Below, one piece after another: positions 37,076 through 49,430 of a stretch of DNA of 64,000 bases. The notes under the pieces were generated by a model. That model made no database searches and was not told the DNA's origin. It saw nothing but the letters and a program-made list of their open reading frames with translations. Source of the DNA: Macrostomum lignano (Eukaryota). Location of the stretch: assembly GCA_002269645.1 (NCBI GenBank), contig NIVC01000358.1, positions 1 through 64,000 of the forward strand. The letters are read 5' to 3'. The number at the start of each line of letters is the position of its first letter. The stretch's first letter is position 1. The translations under genes and the position numbers were made by a program.

Positions 37076-37376
37076 TATAGCTTTTTGCGATTGAATTCAG
37101 CCAAACTGCAAAACCTTTAAGCCCATGAGATTTTGCCTTCACTTCGGCGGCTTCTACCATAGACTATTTAGGACATACCGGCTAGCTGTGTGAGAAAGTC
37201 ACTGACTGGAAGTCTTGGCTGAAAGGTTTTTCAGTTTGGTGAATTCATTTACAAAAGCGGGACAGCTAGCCGGTGTGTCCTAAAAAGTCTATGGTAAAAA
37301 CAGCTGAAGTGAAGGAAAAATCTCCATTGGCTGAAAGGTTTTACAGTTTGGCTAAATTCAATCGCGAAAAGCTATA
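37076..37376. mobile_element. Foldback/MITE-like element, ~114-bp imperfect inverted arms containing CCATAGAC
   Basis: 37076-37189 is the reverse complement of 37262-37376 with scattered mismatches; both ends are TA. Confidence 0.75.
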
Positions 37377-38086
37377 TTTCTCCTGATTTGTCGATTTAGG
37401 TTCAACGACTCATTTTTCAGGATATTTCGGTATTTCCGAGGAGTTCGCGGTTTGAAAATTTTCTGAACTTCAAAAAATAGTTAGAATTTGCAATTTTGTT
37501 CCTTAGACTGGATAATGGCACCTGTTTCGCTCTGACAATTGCAGTCAATTTTTGTTTGTTCCAGCGTAGCTAACAGTGAATGGTGCTTTCTCGAACTCAT
37601 ACCGGAAGAACACAATAAATTTAACCTTCTTAGATGAATTGGACATCAATAATAAATGATTTAACTGCAAAAAGCCTATTGTCTAGGTAGTCCCGTCATT
37701 GTTCTCTCATGGCTACATATTGTAGGCCAGCACGGTGATGTTGACTTTATTTAGAAATTAAAAGAAAATTAAAATTTGGGAGCTTTGAAATTAGAGAAAC
37801 GCTACTACTTAAGAAGCCTGAAGGTCATACTCATGTGATGCCTAGATTCGAGGTGGCGGTATTGGGTTCGGGGTTCCCAAAGGAATGTTTAGGATTGGGT
37901 ATTCGGGATGAACCCCGAACCCCGAAAAAAGGAACTAATCTTCGAAACTATTATTCGCACTTATAGTAGCTATAGTTTATAAGCTCAATGTTCCATCCAG
38001 AGTGAGTTTTTTAAGGTAATATAGATCAGATTACATAAATTCATGGCTCTCTAAATTTGTTAATAAAAGTGCACAAAACAGGTTAC

Positions 38087-38428
38087 CTGCAGGTAGCACA
38101 GAATAGCCATGGAATCGATTAGTATGAGTATAGCAGCGGAGCGCGAGTCTCGAACAGTGCTCAGAATCAGCCAAGCCAGACCGACTTGAAGGATGATATA
38201 GAGCACATTGGAGCCAAAGATAACCGATAGGAATAAAATGCCAAGAACTGCGGCGATCCGATGCAGCGCATCAGTGCTTAGTAACTGATGATTCTTAGCC
38301 ACGTAGAATCCGGCAGCGCATACGATTGACAGCGAGTGCACCAAAACGAATAAAAGTTCACCTCGGTCGAGACTGATCAAACCAAATATCACCTGCTTAC
38401 CGTCGTCCAGTTGCTGTTGCTGAGCCAT
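38087..38428 (-). CDS. MBOAT1/2: MBOAT exon 1 (hydrophobic N-terminal TMs)
   Basis: ATG at 38428, ...LCYLQ|gtaacc splices in phase 0 to exon 2; joined protein ~477 aa. Confidence 0.8.
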
Positions 38429-39499
38429 AAGTGTTTATAGTTGATCTGTAAAAATGTGCAAGCAATTCAGTGTCTGTCAATCATCCGCGATGATATGGGT
38501 CGATTCTATTTCTATCATTAGTTCGTGCTATCTCTGAAATGAAAAGTAGCTAGCTTGACGTCCTTAGACCGTTTAGTTACACTCTTCTCTGCATGCACAA
38601 TGTCTGATACATAATCGGAGGAAGGCTTCGGTCTGGGCTGGGCTATATACGGGGGTTAGGAACTGCCAACACAAGCCAAGCCCCACAGAGCATGTGGACT
38701 GCAGAGTGTACACTCTCCACTCTCTTCATTCTTGAAAAGACGAAAAAATTGCCCTCTCCCTCAAATGGGTACCCCCCTCCCCACTCTCTCTTACCAATAG
38801 CTATAGGCTTAACAGATTTTGTGCATTGAAATATTTAGGGGGGGACGGACGGAAGGGGGTACGGCTGGCAACGCGCTTCTGTGCCTATACGTACCCCGCC
38901 GCGTCCTCTGGGTCGTCTTCAGTTCGGCACTCGCACTAGCTGTGTGAGTCATTGTATAGCTTTGCACACGCGCACACAATTACCCCCCCCACATTTGGTT
39001 TGTCAAAATACCTGGCTGTCTCTGTCTTATACCCTTGAATTTCTATTTTAGTCAACAGAGAGAATTCACTAAAATGATTTTCTCATTGTCATCATCATGC
39101 GTATGCTACACTGCGACCTCTCCACACGCCATACTACTTGCTTAAGTCCAATCCGATAGGACCATTTTCTGTTTTTCATAATTAAGCTCTCTACATTTAT
39201 ACCTTTCAATTTTAAAACTCAACTCAGCTAGAGGCGTTTCAGTATGAGAATTTAGCTATTCTTAGCTATTTTCAAAAGATGCTTGCATTTAAACTAACTA
39301 TTGGACAAGGGTTGTAAATTTCTATTTTCTTCTATACTTTACTGTTCCAACTCATTTGGAGATGAATTGGGCTCATTCATGCAAAGATTTTAGCGCCAAG
39401 AAATAGAAAGTGTGGTTAAGACAAGAATATAGAAACCTTTATGTACCGTGTTTTAGCGTCCAGCTCTGTATATTAAAAATTTGGACGTTAGATCTATTG

Positions 39500-40560
39500 T
39501 TGGTGTCACTGCAGTCTATGGTTAGTGTGTCGTCTATGGTTGGTCTCACTGCTGTCTACATGTATATGGTTGGTGTCACTGCTGTTTATGGTCGGTGTAG
39601 TCTATGGTTGGTGGTGTCACTGCTGTCTATGGTTGGTGTAGTCTATGGTTGGTGTCACTGCTGTCTACATGTACGAGTACATGTATATGGTTGGTGTCAC
39701 TGCTGTCTATGGTTGGTGTAGTCTGGTTGGCGTCTCTGCTCTCTATGGTTGGTGTAGTCTATGGTTGGTGTCACTGCTGTCTATGATTGGTGTAGTCTAT
39801 GGTTGGTGTAGTCTATGGTTGGTGTCACTGCTGTCTATGGTTGGTGTAGTCTATGGTTGGTGTCACTGCTGTCTATGATTGATGTATTCTATGGTTGGTG
39901 TAGTCTATGGTTGGTGTCACTGCTGTCTATGGTTGGTGTAGTCTATGGTTGATGTAGTCTGGTTGGTGTCTCTGCTCTCTATGGTTGGTGTAGTCTATGG
40001 TTGGTGTCACTGCTGTCTATGATTGGTGTAGTCTATGGTTGGTGTAGTCTATGGTTGGTGTCACTGCTGTCTATGGTTGGTGTAGTCTATGGTTGGTGTA
40101 GTCTATGGTTGGTGTCACTGCTGTCTATGGTTGGTGTAGTCTATGGTTGGTGTCACTGCTGTCTATGGTTGGTGTAGTCTATGGTTGGTGTAGTCTATGG
40201 TTGGTGTCACTGCTGTCTATGGTTGGTGTAGTCTATGGTTGGTGTAGTCTATGGTTGGTGTCACTGCTGTCTATGGTTGGTGTAGTCTATGGTTGGTGTA
40301 GTCTATGGTTGGTGTCACTGCTGTCTATGGTTGGTGTAGTCTATGGTTGGTGTAGTCTATGGTTGGTGTCACTATAGTCTATGGTTGTGTTGGTGTTACT
40401 GTAGTCTATGGTTGTGTTGGTGTTACTGTAGTCTATGGTTGGTGTCATTGTAGCCTATGGTTGGTGTCACTGGTTGTCACTGGTATGTTGGTCACCATAG
40501 ATTTCACTGTAATCTATGGTTGATAAAACTGTAATCTATGGTTGCAGGCGTCACTGCAAT
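39500..40560. repeat. Compound minisatellite of 16-bp (GTCTATGGTTGGTGTA) and 22-bp (GTCTATGGTTGGTGTCACTGCT) units
   Basis: About 1 kb array ending ~60 nt before the kinase last-exon acceptor. Confidence 0.95.
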
Positions 40561-40626
40561 CTATATGGTTGGTATCTATGTATCACCTAAAGGCTGATCA
40601 CATTTAACCAAACTTTCATCATGCAG

Positions 40627-40895
40627 CCGTCGACATGTGGTCAGCCGGAGCTGTAATATTCTTCGTAGCAACCGGTTATTCACCTTTCGCACCGGCCATG
40701 CACGAACCCAAAGAGGTAGTCTACTCTCGCGTAGCAACTGTCGGCTGCGACTGGTCTCTGCTAGCTGGCCACGAGTCCGAGTCCCTGGTACAGCAGCTGC
40801 TAGTTAAAGAGGCCGACCGGAGGTTGACAGCCGAGGAAGCGCTCAAGCACGAGTTCCTGCGACAAAGGCCAACTAACAAAGTTGAAACTGATTGA
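40627..40895 (+). CDS. DRAK/STK17-like kinase last exon (subdomains IX-XI)
   Basis: catgcag|CC GTC GAC ATG TGG in phase 1 continues exon 3 as EPISTAVDMWSAG...TGYSPF...LVKEADRRLTAEEALKHEFL, completing the kinase domain. Confidence 0.85.
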
Positions 40896-41409
40896 GAGAG
40901 ATCAACTGCTGACAGGTAATGTAGTTTAGCTCGATTTTTTTGTAGTCGAAAGACACAGAAGACTATATAGTCTTGTCTTTGCTATTATCTGGAATTTTAT
41001 AGTCTTCAGATCCAGAAATTTTTCAGTGCTTACTCAGGAGATTAGGGCGCCATATATCTTAATCTCTTATCTCTTGCTTGGGGTGTGCCTCTGCTTAACT
41101 CTCTCTCCATACTGGCATGGCGTGCACACAATAAACCTATTGGAATTTGAAAGCGAGGCGCCGCTGGCATGCTATTGAAAGATCGAATACCTGAGTATAT
41201 TATCATACAACCTAGTGGTGCGGTCTAGTCCGCTTAAGTATACTTGTACATGGTATGGCTCGGTTTGTTTGCACTTAAAAGTTTGCGCGCGACCGAAGCA
41301 GCTGTAAAACTAAGAGGGTGTGAGAGCTATACAGTGTATGACTTACAAGAGTCAGTTTTGCTTGCAGTCGGCCTCCCAGTGTGAAATCACACTTCCTATC
41401 TGGTACATG

Positions 41410-41770
41410 TTATAGGCCGGTGCTCCTGTCTTTTGGTGGACGCCCCCGTCTCTTAAGATCGGCGCACCTGTCTCTTAGTGGGTGCCTCCGTCTCTTGGGT
41501 GGGTGCCAATGTCTCTTGGGTTGGCGCCCCTGTCTCTTGGGTGGGTGCCAATGTCTCTTGGGTGGGCGCCCCTGTCTCTTGGGTGGGTGCCAATGTCTTT
41601 TGGTGTCCGCCCCCCGTCTCATAGATCGGCACCCCTGTCTCTTAGTGGCGCCCTTGTCTGTTGGGTGCTAATAATGCCACTTGGGTGCCAATGTCTTTTG
41701 GTGGGCGCCACCGTCTCTTAGATCGGCGCACCTGTCTCTTTGGTAGACGCCCGTCTTGGGTGGGAGCCAA
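41410..41770. repeat. Degenerate 19/38-bp GC-rich minisatellite (GGGTGCCAATGTCTCTTGGGTGGGCGCCCCTGTCTCTT)
   Basis: Repeated GTCTCTT-anchored units. Confidence 0.8.
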
Positions 41771-42536
41771 TGTCTAGTCTAATGTCTACAAAAGTATACT
41801 AAATCTTAGCCTTTTTTAGTGGTAGCTATCTATATAGCTCCTTTACATATACTTCTAGACCTTGATTTTGTCGTTACTGCATGGCTAATCAATGCAGCAT
41901 TTTGATCCGCTCACACACGTGGCAAAGAGGCTAAAACCTCACGTACATTTACATGCAGCTATATATAATTATATGCAAAAAAGTTTGCAACAAAAGCTGT
42001 TATATGAGAAGCAATCGAGAGAGGGGAGCTACATACATGTAGTAATTAATGAATGAATAATGGGATCATTTGATCGAACTGTGTGAATTGCGTCACTTGA
42101 GGCTGGAGATCTTTAAAAATTTGACCACCGGTTTCGTGTTTTAAAGTGTACATATTTTTAAGTAATCAATAAACGAAAACAAAATAAATAAAGATTTTTC
42201 ATTCATTATTTCGTTTCAGATCTCAAATTACGGATGCAAGCACACCTTTGGACGAAAAAGTGCATAGATTACGAGTCAATTTTTATTTATAATTTACCGT
42301 CTGCAAACAGCTGTTGATAATGCAGCCATATACTGATCTTCCTCGTCTGCTATAAAATTTAATTTAATTTTGAAACCCCCTGATGTCGGCGTTTAATTTA
42401 AGCAGAAACTATTCTATTCATTATTTTTATTCAGTTACATCAGCATGCGTGTGTGTATTGTCTACCGAAATTGACAACCGATCGCGAGGACCCTAGCTGG
42501 AACTGCACTTGGCCGAGAGTCAGTCAGTATTCTGTA

Positions 42537-42715
42537 CAGCAATCCGACGTCAGCCACGTCGACCGACGTTCTCGCCGTCGATGACAAATAATTACATCGA
42601 CGGATAACGACGTCATACATGACGTCGGCTGAAAGTCGGTTAAATGTTCTCGTTAAAGTACATATCTTTCTCTTAAAGTACATATCTGTTCTCGGTCACC
42701 GACATCGGATTGCTG
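42537..42715. mobile_element. Small MITE with CAGCAATCCGA TIRs and TA target duplication
   Basis: TA|CAGCAATCCGACGTC ... GACATCGGATTGCTG|TA. Confidence 0.6.
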
Positions 42716-43203
42716 TATGGCTATGGATCGAAAGAGATCCCGGGCCTCTGCATTGGCTTGATGCCGATGCGAAAAATCGATCTTTCGGTTAAATAGTTCA
42801 ATTTTTTGTGCTGCATATTTATATATATATATATATATATACGATGTACAAAAATTATTGTATAGTAGATAACGTTTTTATTTTTTGTCAGTGTTTATTA
42901 TTTTTACCTTCGATCCTGTCTAACTGAAAATGTAAATGATAGCTACCAACAACATTATTTTGCATTGGAATAGGCCAATCACCAATTTGATTTTCTACTC
43001 AAGTGTTCTCGTTAGCTAGTTATAGCTACTAGTACACATGTACACCGTCGTTAAGTTAGAACAAGTAACCCAAAAGCTTGCAACTAATAGTAATAACAAC
43101 AATGAACTTAACACAACTTTAAGTCTCGTTCACACTGAGCCATCAATCAGTGTCCTACTAGCTATAGCCATTTTGTGTGATCTGATCACGTACGGATTGC
43201 GCA

Positions 43204-43575
43204 CATGGATGAATGAATAGAATGGATTGCTATTCTGGCTCTGGCTATTTTCGTTTTTGACTCTTTTGCATCCGGTTCCCCCCCCGTGCCTTTTCATTGG
43301 TTGATGATTGCCATGGACAGTTTTCGGCCTTTGCCCCTTTCTTTCGATGCACAAGCGCTTTCTTGTTAGTAAATAGAAGTTACTTGTGTTGAAATTGAAC
43401 TTTGTTGAAATTCTCAGTTCTTTGCGCTTGTGCATCGAAAGAAAGGGGCGAAGGCCGAAAATTGTCTATGGCAATCATCAACCAATGAAAAGGCACGGGG
43501 GGGAACCGGATGCAAGAGTCAAAAACGAAAATAGCCAGAGCCAGAATAGCAATCCATTCTATTCATTCATCCATG
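43204..43575. mobile_element. Foldback/MITE, ~153-bp near-perfect inverted arms with a 65-bp spacer
   Basis: 43204-43358 is the reverse complement of 43424-43575 with few mismatches. Confidence 0.85.
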
Positions 43576-44824
43576 ATTGCGCATGAACAGATCTTTAGTA
43601 TCGATGCCAATTGTTATTCCGATTGGCGAAATATCCAAAATTATGCCGATGATATATTTTTAGTTCAGGCTTACAGGTTACATGTAGTCAGGTTTATCCC
43701 ATATAATTTTTTTACAAACCTAGCATGCCGAACGACAGCCTGATATCATAGAATTGTCTTTACTCTAACCTTTTACTCTCTCTGGTCATGTAAAAAAATT
43801 CGCTTTTTACCTTTTTAAAACCTTTGCTATACAATTAAATAAAATATCTATCAAGGATCACTAGAAGTAACCGTATCAGGAAGTAGTAACGATCGCTTTT
43901 TATGGAAAATTTTTGTAAATCAAATTTGCCTAGAAATGCATTAGCGAGATAGGTAGCCAAGATTTTGAATCCTATGAGCACATAAAACTAGCACATGTTC
44001 AGTCCGATGTGGCTTCATCAATTTATCGACTTAGGTATAAATTCAGTGACTGCTACTAGTGACTAAACTAAAAAAACGCGCAAAATTATAGCGTCCATAT
44101 TTATTAAATGTACTGGTACCTTTTCTTGTCGACTTTTTCTCGTTCAAGGATTGTACTGTGGCTGTGGTAAAACCCCATTTCTACAGTGCACCTCGTTAAT
44201 GCATTTTTAAGCAACACAGGAACGCGTGGTTGTCCTGACACAAATGAGTAAATTCTAGTGGTCCCTGCTAGCTATTTTTCACAAAAATGTAGTTACATTA
44301 GGAGCTACCCGGAAAGCTTAGCATGTCGTTTTGACCATTTGATACTTAATATTTTGTATCAAGTTCATACGCCAATGTGCTGAGAGAACTATTTTTTGTG
44401 TAACATTGTTAAAGACAGACTAAATAGACTAAACCTTACTCATGAAAAAATTAGTAGAATCAATATTTTCATAGATTAGAGATGTAAACAGAGTACACAT
44501 TTGGAGAAAAACTCGACACAACAGAATGTTGAGTCTTTCATCTTTCTTTTATTAATTCCTCGTACATTAAATATTGCATAAAGGAACACGAAACTGTTCA
44601 AAGTTAGGCCAAGTACACAAGTCATGACAGAGAAAAAACAGACTCGAAATATGACTATCATAAATTAATCAGCAACTTTGGATTGCCTTTTGACAACGTT
44701 CATAGACAACGTTCACCATAACCCCATGACTCAAACTACCTGATTTTTTAAAGCCAGCTATCGCCAACGAACATACTAGACCCAAACTATTAGAATTGAT
44801 ACAAAAATTGTAAGTCCGTTACAC

Positions 44825-45835
44825 GTAGCAGTAGATGGATCTTCTTAGCATCAAAATCAGACACAGTTTGTCTCAGCTGCTGGTCATTGACCTTGACCAA
44901 ACGTTCAGCTTCACTGATTGACCCAAACTGTTCGAGTCATCTTGCGTAAAACGGAACCACTCAGATCCGCCATATAGTGATCAGTGAATGCTGAGCGATG
45001 TATACGGAGCGTGGTGTTTACTGTCACAGCTCAGACAACAAATAAAATCGAACCCCAGTTCGAACAGCCGTCAATTAAACGGATTCAAGTGGTTGAGTTA
45101 TTTTAGAATCCGGTTCATAGAGGATGACAAGACACGGCTGAGAATTGAGAAAGGCTCTGCAAATCAGGAGACTCTGTCTTGATCACCTTGTCCTGAGAAT
45201 CCACATAAAAGTCGTCAGTGTTGTTGCAGCTGATGAGATTAAGCGGGTGAACCCTGCAAAACTTAAATCTCCCTTTTGAGCTCATAAATTCGCTTACCAA
45301 TGCAATCCTTGTCTGCAGACTCGCACAACTGCATCACTTCAGTCATGTGCCTGTCAATGAGTATCTTTAGGCCTCTCTAATACTTCCGCTGCCCAGCCAC
45401 GCAATCTTCGTCAGCTGTGTTATTATTCAGTTCGTAGACTCTCCTGGCGTCATCATTGGCTTCCGCTGCCGCACATGCAGTCTCATACTAGTCCAGTGCA
45501 GCGAGGTCTCCCAGCTTCTGCAGTGCGCTGTCGTGTTTGATAATCAATAGGTTTGTCACAGGCTCTTACCATGTACATTATTCTGAGAATAGGTGTTGTC
45601 AGCGCTCATTTTGACGCCGCAGCCGCTATGTTTTGTCACCCTAAAGCAAAATTTTAGATTTCCATAATGGGTCACAAGGTGGAGTGGGGGGGGGACAAAA
45701 TATTGCCATGCCCCCATAGCTTTTGGGTGGTGACGACGCCCCTGGTCACAGCCGTCTTCCAGTTGTTCAGCGAGTCCACAGCTGACTCCAGTCCATGCAA
45801 TTGCACTGCGTTCTGAGTTCTCAACTACTTCTAAA
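44825..45835 (-). pseudogene. Degenerate fourth paralog of the Zn-motif/coiled-coil/NHL family
   Basis: Recognisable blocks AVDSLNNWKTAVT, KHDSALQKLGDLAALD*YE...RRVYEL, IDRHMTEVMQLCE...YELKREI*VLQGSP, ADLSGSV, DKLCLIL...SIYC align by eye to the intact paralogs. In-frame stops at 45488-45490 and 45263-45265; frameshifts; a ~183-bp insertion. Confidence 0.8.
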
Positions 45836-46741
45836 TAGTTTGCAAATGAAATTATGAAAAAGTCATGAAGGCGAAATATTATTTTTAACCACTAAAGCCG
45901 AGGGTGCTAAACGCCGGATAACACCCTTCTTTGAATTTTAGAGCTTTGGAGCACAGAAAGTCAACATATTTATATTTCAATCTTATTTCGAATGTTAGCA
46001 TTGAAGAATGGTATTGATAAACTTTTAAAAACGTTTCTACGCTCGTAAAATCACAAAAACTTTAAAAAGGAGAAGAGACGTTTGTGTTAAAAAATCTTCT
46101 GGAATATTAAAGAATACAACCAGGGCTGTCAATCAAAATTGTTTGCTGGTAAACATATAAACAATATATGTTTGAAAGCATCTGCAAAGAACGATAAAGA
46201 TTAATACTCAGATTACTTAATTGCAATATACTCGTACATTTAAGCTACTTAGGGGAAAACTGTAACTGTAAAAATCTGCAAGGCACAAATTCAGACGATT
46301 TTACACAATAGTTAGCACAAAATCAAGTGCATATTCGCCGACAAGCAATTCGGTACAAAATATTCAGGGTCAGTCTCATAGCATGGTGGATTTTAGTTAG
46401 CTGCTCGAAATTATACAGAACCAATAAAGCGCCTTCGTGAAGGTCCAAATACCTGAATTAACCCTAAATGGTAAAATGGATTTTCCATTGGTGGCTAAAC
46501 TATTTTCGGTAACGCATAGTTTACAGGAATCTTGACACTTTCAGCACATTCTCATGACGAGGCACTTGCTTACGATAAGCTAAAAGGTAAATTTACTATT
46601 AATACTATCAAACATTAAAGTAAATTATAAATTCGTTCTTGAGCAGTATATATAGCACCTGGAGTAGAAAAACAATTATGAAGTAAAAACATGGTCACTG
46701 ATTTATATTTGTCAATGAGCACGGTTCAAAAATCGGTAAAA

Positions 46742-48262
46742 TCAATTCAGACTGGGAGCGTTAACTTTGAAGATGCTGACAGCATTTCGACCCTTTTGAC
46801 AAATTGCAAGCATTGGCACGTCGGCGTCAAGTACATCAAGGCCGTAAGGATCGGCCATGGCAGTAGAATCGTCTGGCATTCCAAGGGTTTGCAGAACTTC
46901 TCCATCTTGTTTCAATACTCGAACCAGATTCTTGGTGCTTTGACTGACAAATATGAGACCTGACCGGTGAGCAACAACATCAGCAGGGGTTGGAAGTTCA
47001 CATGCTGCGATAAGCCGTCCGCTAATAGTGCAAATTTTGAGTACATGATTTGCATTCCAATCTGTCACCAGGATTGAGTTGCCAAGTGGTGATAAACCTT
47101 CATAAATCACACCTGCACAGTCAGAATACATTCCTGCCAGATTAATTTTGCTTATGAACCGGGTATCACTTTTCGACCAACATAAAATACTGATGCTCTT
47201 TTGCTCCAAGAGGTAAATTTTTTCGCTGCAACCGCCAATCGCTAAAAACTTGTAGTCCGAATCGCTCGATTTTATAACATTTCGAATGTAACCATTTAAA
47301 TCTGCAACAGTTACGCGGTCGGGCTGTCCCAGAAACAGCGCTTGGCGTTTGCTGTCGCAATGAATTCCAATAGAACGAACTGACCAATCAATGTCGCAGT
47401 TGACAGTAAGCCTAACGGATCCATCGAGCGAACACAAAAGGATATGGTCTTTCTTTGAGTCCACATGGAACATTATAAAAACGCACTGTGCTGGAACTTC
47501 TGCACCGCTGCCTGAAGAAGAGGCTACTTTTACTACTCGACCTGCTGAGTCAGAAGTAAAACCTTCCGTGTTTTTGCAGGCTGCGACCCACTGAGGTGCA
47601 CCATCAAACTCCACAATTTCCCAGTCGAGCTCGCAGATCTCTTTCTCAATCACAGTTTTGCCATCAACCTCGCAGTGCTGCGCCACTTCTCTCATTTGCT
47701 TGTCAACCAGCAGAAGCAAGTCTCGCAGACTGCCGCTCACATCGCCTACAATTCTCCGAGCATCATCGATGCCCTCTGCAGTCTCCTCTGCATCAGCCTC
47801 TTCCAGCTTGTCTTCCAAGTCAGTGCATTTCAGCTCCATCTCAGAGCTGAGTTCAAAAACTTTTCTCAAGTCGTTGGCGCTCTCAGCTGCATCAATCGCA
47901 CTATCGTACTCCTGCAGCACAGAAAATTCAGTCAAATTTTCTAGAGCACCGTCGTGTCTCTCCGTCAGTCGTGTTGTCACCGATGACCTCCACTTTGTCA
48001 ACAAGTCGAAAGCTTCATCAAGCAGGTCGTCAGCAGCCTGAAGCTCGGCAGCCAGGGTCTGTTGGTAAGTTCTTAGCTGGTCTCTCTTAGCTTTCATAGG
48101 CGCCAGTTTGTTTTGCACAGATCTCTGCAGCTCTCGCACTTTTTGTCTGTCCTGATCAAGGTGCTTCTGGCACAGAGGCTGAGGGATGCGACCACCGCAA
48201 CCCGAGATCGGGGCGCTGCAGCCTCTGATGAAGCACGCATCGGAAGTCGAGGCCTCAGACAT
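46742..48262 (-). CDS. Intronless C3H zinc-motif / coiled-coil / NHL-like beta-propeller protein (TRIM-NHL-like, RING-less), paralog 1, 506 aa
   Basis: N-terminal CFIRGC-x15-CQKH; heptad-rich helical region; C-terminal repeats such as PADVVAHRSGLIFVSQSTKNLVRVL and DPYGLDV resemble NHL blades. Confidence 0.8.
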   Translation of the reverse strand: MSEASTSDACFIRGCSAPISGCGGRIPQPLCQKHLDQDRQKVRELQRSVQNKLAPMKAKRDQLRTYQQTLAAELQAADDLLDEAFDLLTKWRSSVTTRLTERHDGALENLTEFSVLQEYDSAIDAAESANDLRKVFELSSEMELKCTDLEDKLEEADAEETAEGIDDARRIVGDVSGSLRDLLLLVDKQMREVAQHCEVDGKTVIEKEICELDWEIVEFDGAPQWVAACKNTEGFTSDSAGRVVKVASSSGSGAEVPAQCVFIMFHVDSKKDHILLCSLDGSVRLTVNCDIDWSVRSIGIHCDSKRQALFLGQPDRVTVADLNGYIRNVIKSSDSDYKFLAIGGCSEKIYLLEQKSISILCWSKSDTRFISKINLAGMYSDCAGVIYEGLSPLGNSILVTDWNANHVLKICTISGRLIAACELPTPADVVAHRSGLIFVSQSTKNLVRVLKQDGEVLQTLGMPDDSTAMADPYGLDVLDADVPMLAICQKGRNAVSIFKVNAPSLN

Positions 48263-49394
48263 GGGAGCGCAACATCAAGTTAAAATGCACAATACTTAAC
48301 TGCATGTGGTGTGCAACATTTAATAATGTAAATGGATCATGTCTACAAGTGTATAAATTAGATTACGGACCATGTCACTGGGTTTTTCATTATCTATATT
48401 TTTATAGTTAAATATCTCCAGAAAATAACATAAAACATGAAACACACCGAACAAAAAGTTGAATTCAGCAAGTGCGAGCTACATAATAAAAAAGCCTATG
48501 TGCTATCTATCAAAACCGGAGGAGTATTGAAGCTACTGGATACGAATAACCAATAAAGACGCTAAACTCGTGTAAATGTAAGTGGTTTTATATCAATCAA
48601 GGTTTCAACGTACTATATTTCACTGCAAAAAAGTTTTCGGTTGGTAAGAAACAGTAATACAAATACAAAAAAGTAATATAAATATACCGTTATATTTATT
48701 TCGTACAGATCATACAAAAAACGCGAGACAGTTTGTTGCCCAAAAACCGATTGCTGAGAAAATTCACAATCCGTTGCAACAAAAGTAGCTTAAAAGTTGA
48801 CAGTCGAAAAAAATCGATGTAAAATTGACATCGCAAAGTAAGAAAAAAGCACCTGTTAAATACAATTCTTTGAATGACGTAGCATATGGATGTACAATCA
48901 TAAGAACACAGCCAACGAAGTAGTAATCGAGTTTTTATAATATGTACTAAGGAAGTATTGCAATGTAAGTAGCTTGAAAAAGTATCTGATACATATATTG
49001 TGCTCAGTCAGTAATCATTTTCCTGATTATATATGTGCATATGCATATAAATGTTGCTACATCAAATCGAATACAAAATTTAAGCCTAAAGTTGACTGAA
49101 AACAGTAAAAAAGCTTGCTGAGAGTTTTGTCCTCAGTTTTTTTCAAGCCGCCACCACCCAGAGGTAAACGCCACTGTATTTTTTAAAAGCTAAGTTTATA
49201 CTTAAAATCGATATCTAGTTGTGCCTTCTTATGCACTACTTATGTCACTATATTATTATGATGCATCATAATACTACAAAAAAACTGCAGACTTGAAATG
49301 GCAACTGACGAATTTTAGACACAGAACCAGCAACTCCAGATCGCCTTTGACGAGGGTCAATTAAACAGGTTTGTCTAGTTTTCACTGCGGCAGC

Positions 49395-49430
49395 GCAGCC
49401 TCTGATGTAGCAAGCAATTCATCCTGGTTG
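49395..49430 (-). pseudogene. Isolated 5' fragment of a further paralog (CYIRGCAA)
   Basis: TGCTACATCAGAGGCTGC matches paralog 1 TGCTTCATCAGAGGCTGC at 17/18 nt, preceded by ttatttcag and an out-of-frame ATG; similarity is lost after a few codons. Confidence 0.5.

Noticed and set aside
37864-37923. 13-bp inverted repeat GGGTTCGGGGTTC / GAACCCCGAACCC forming a small hairpin
   Set aside because: Too short to assign as an ncRNA or MITE; no supporting context.
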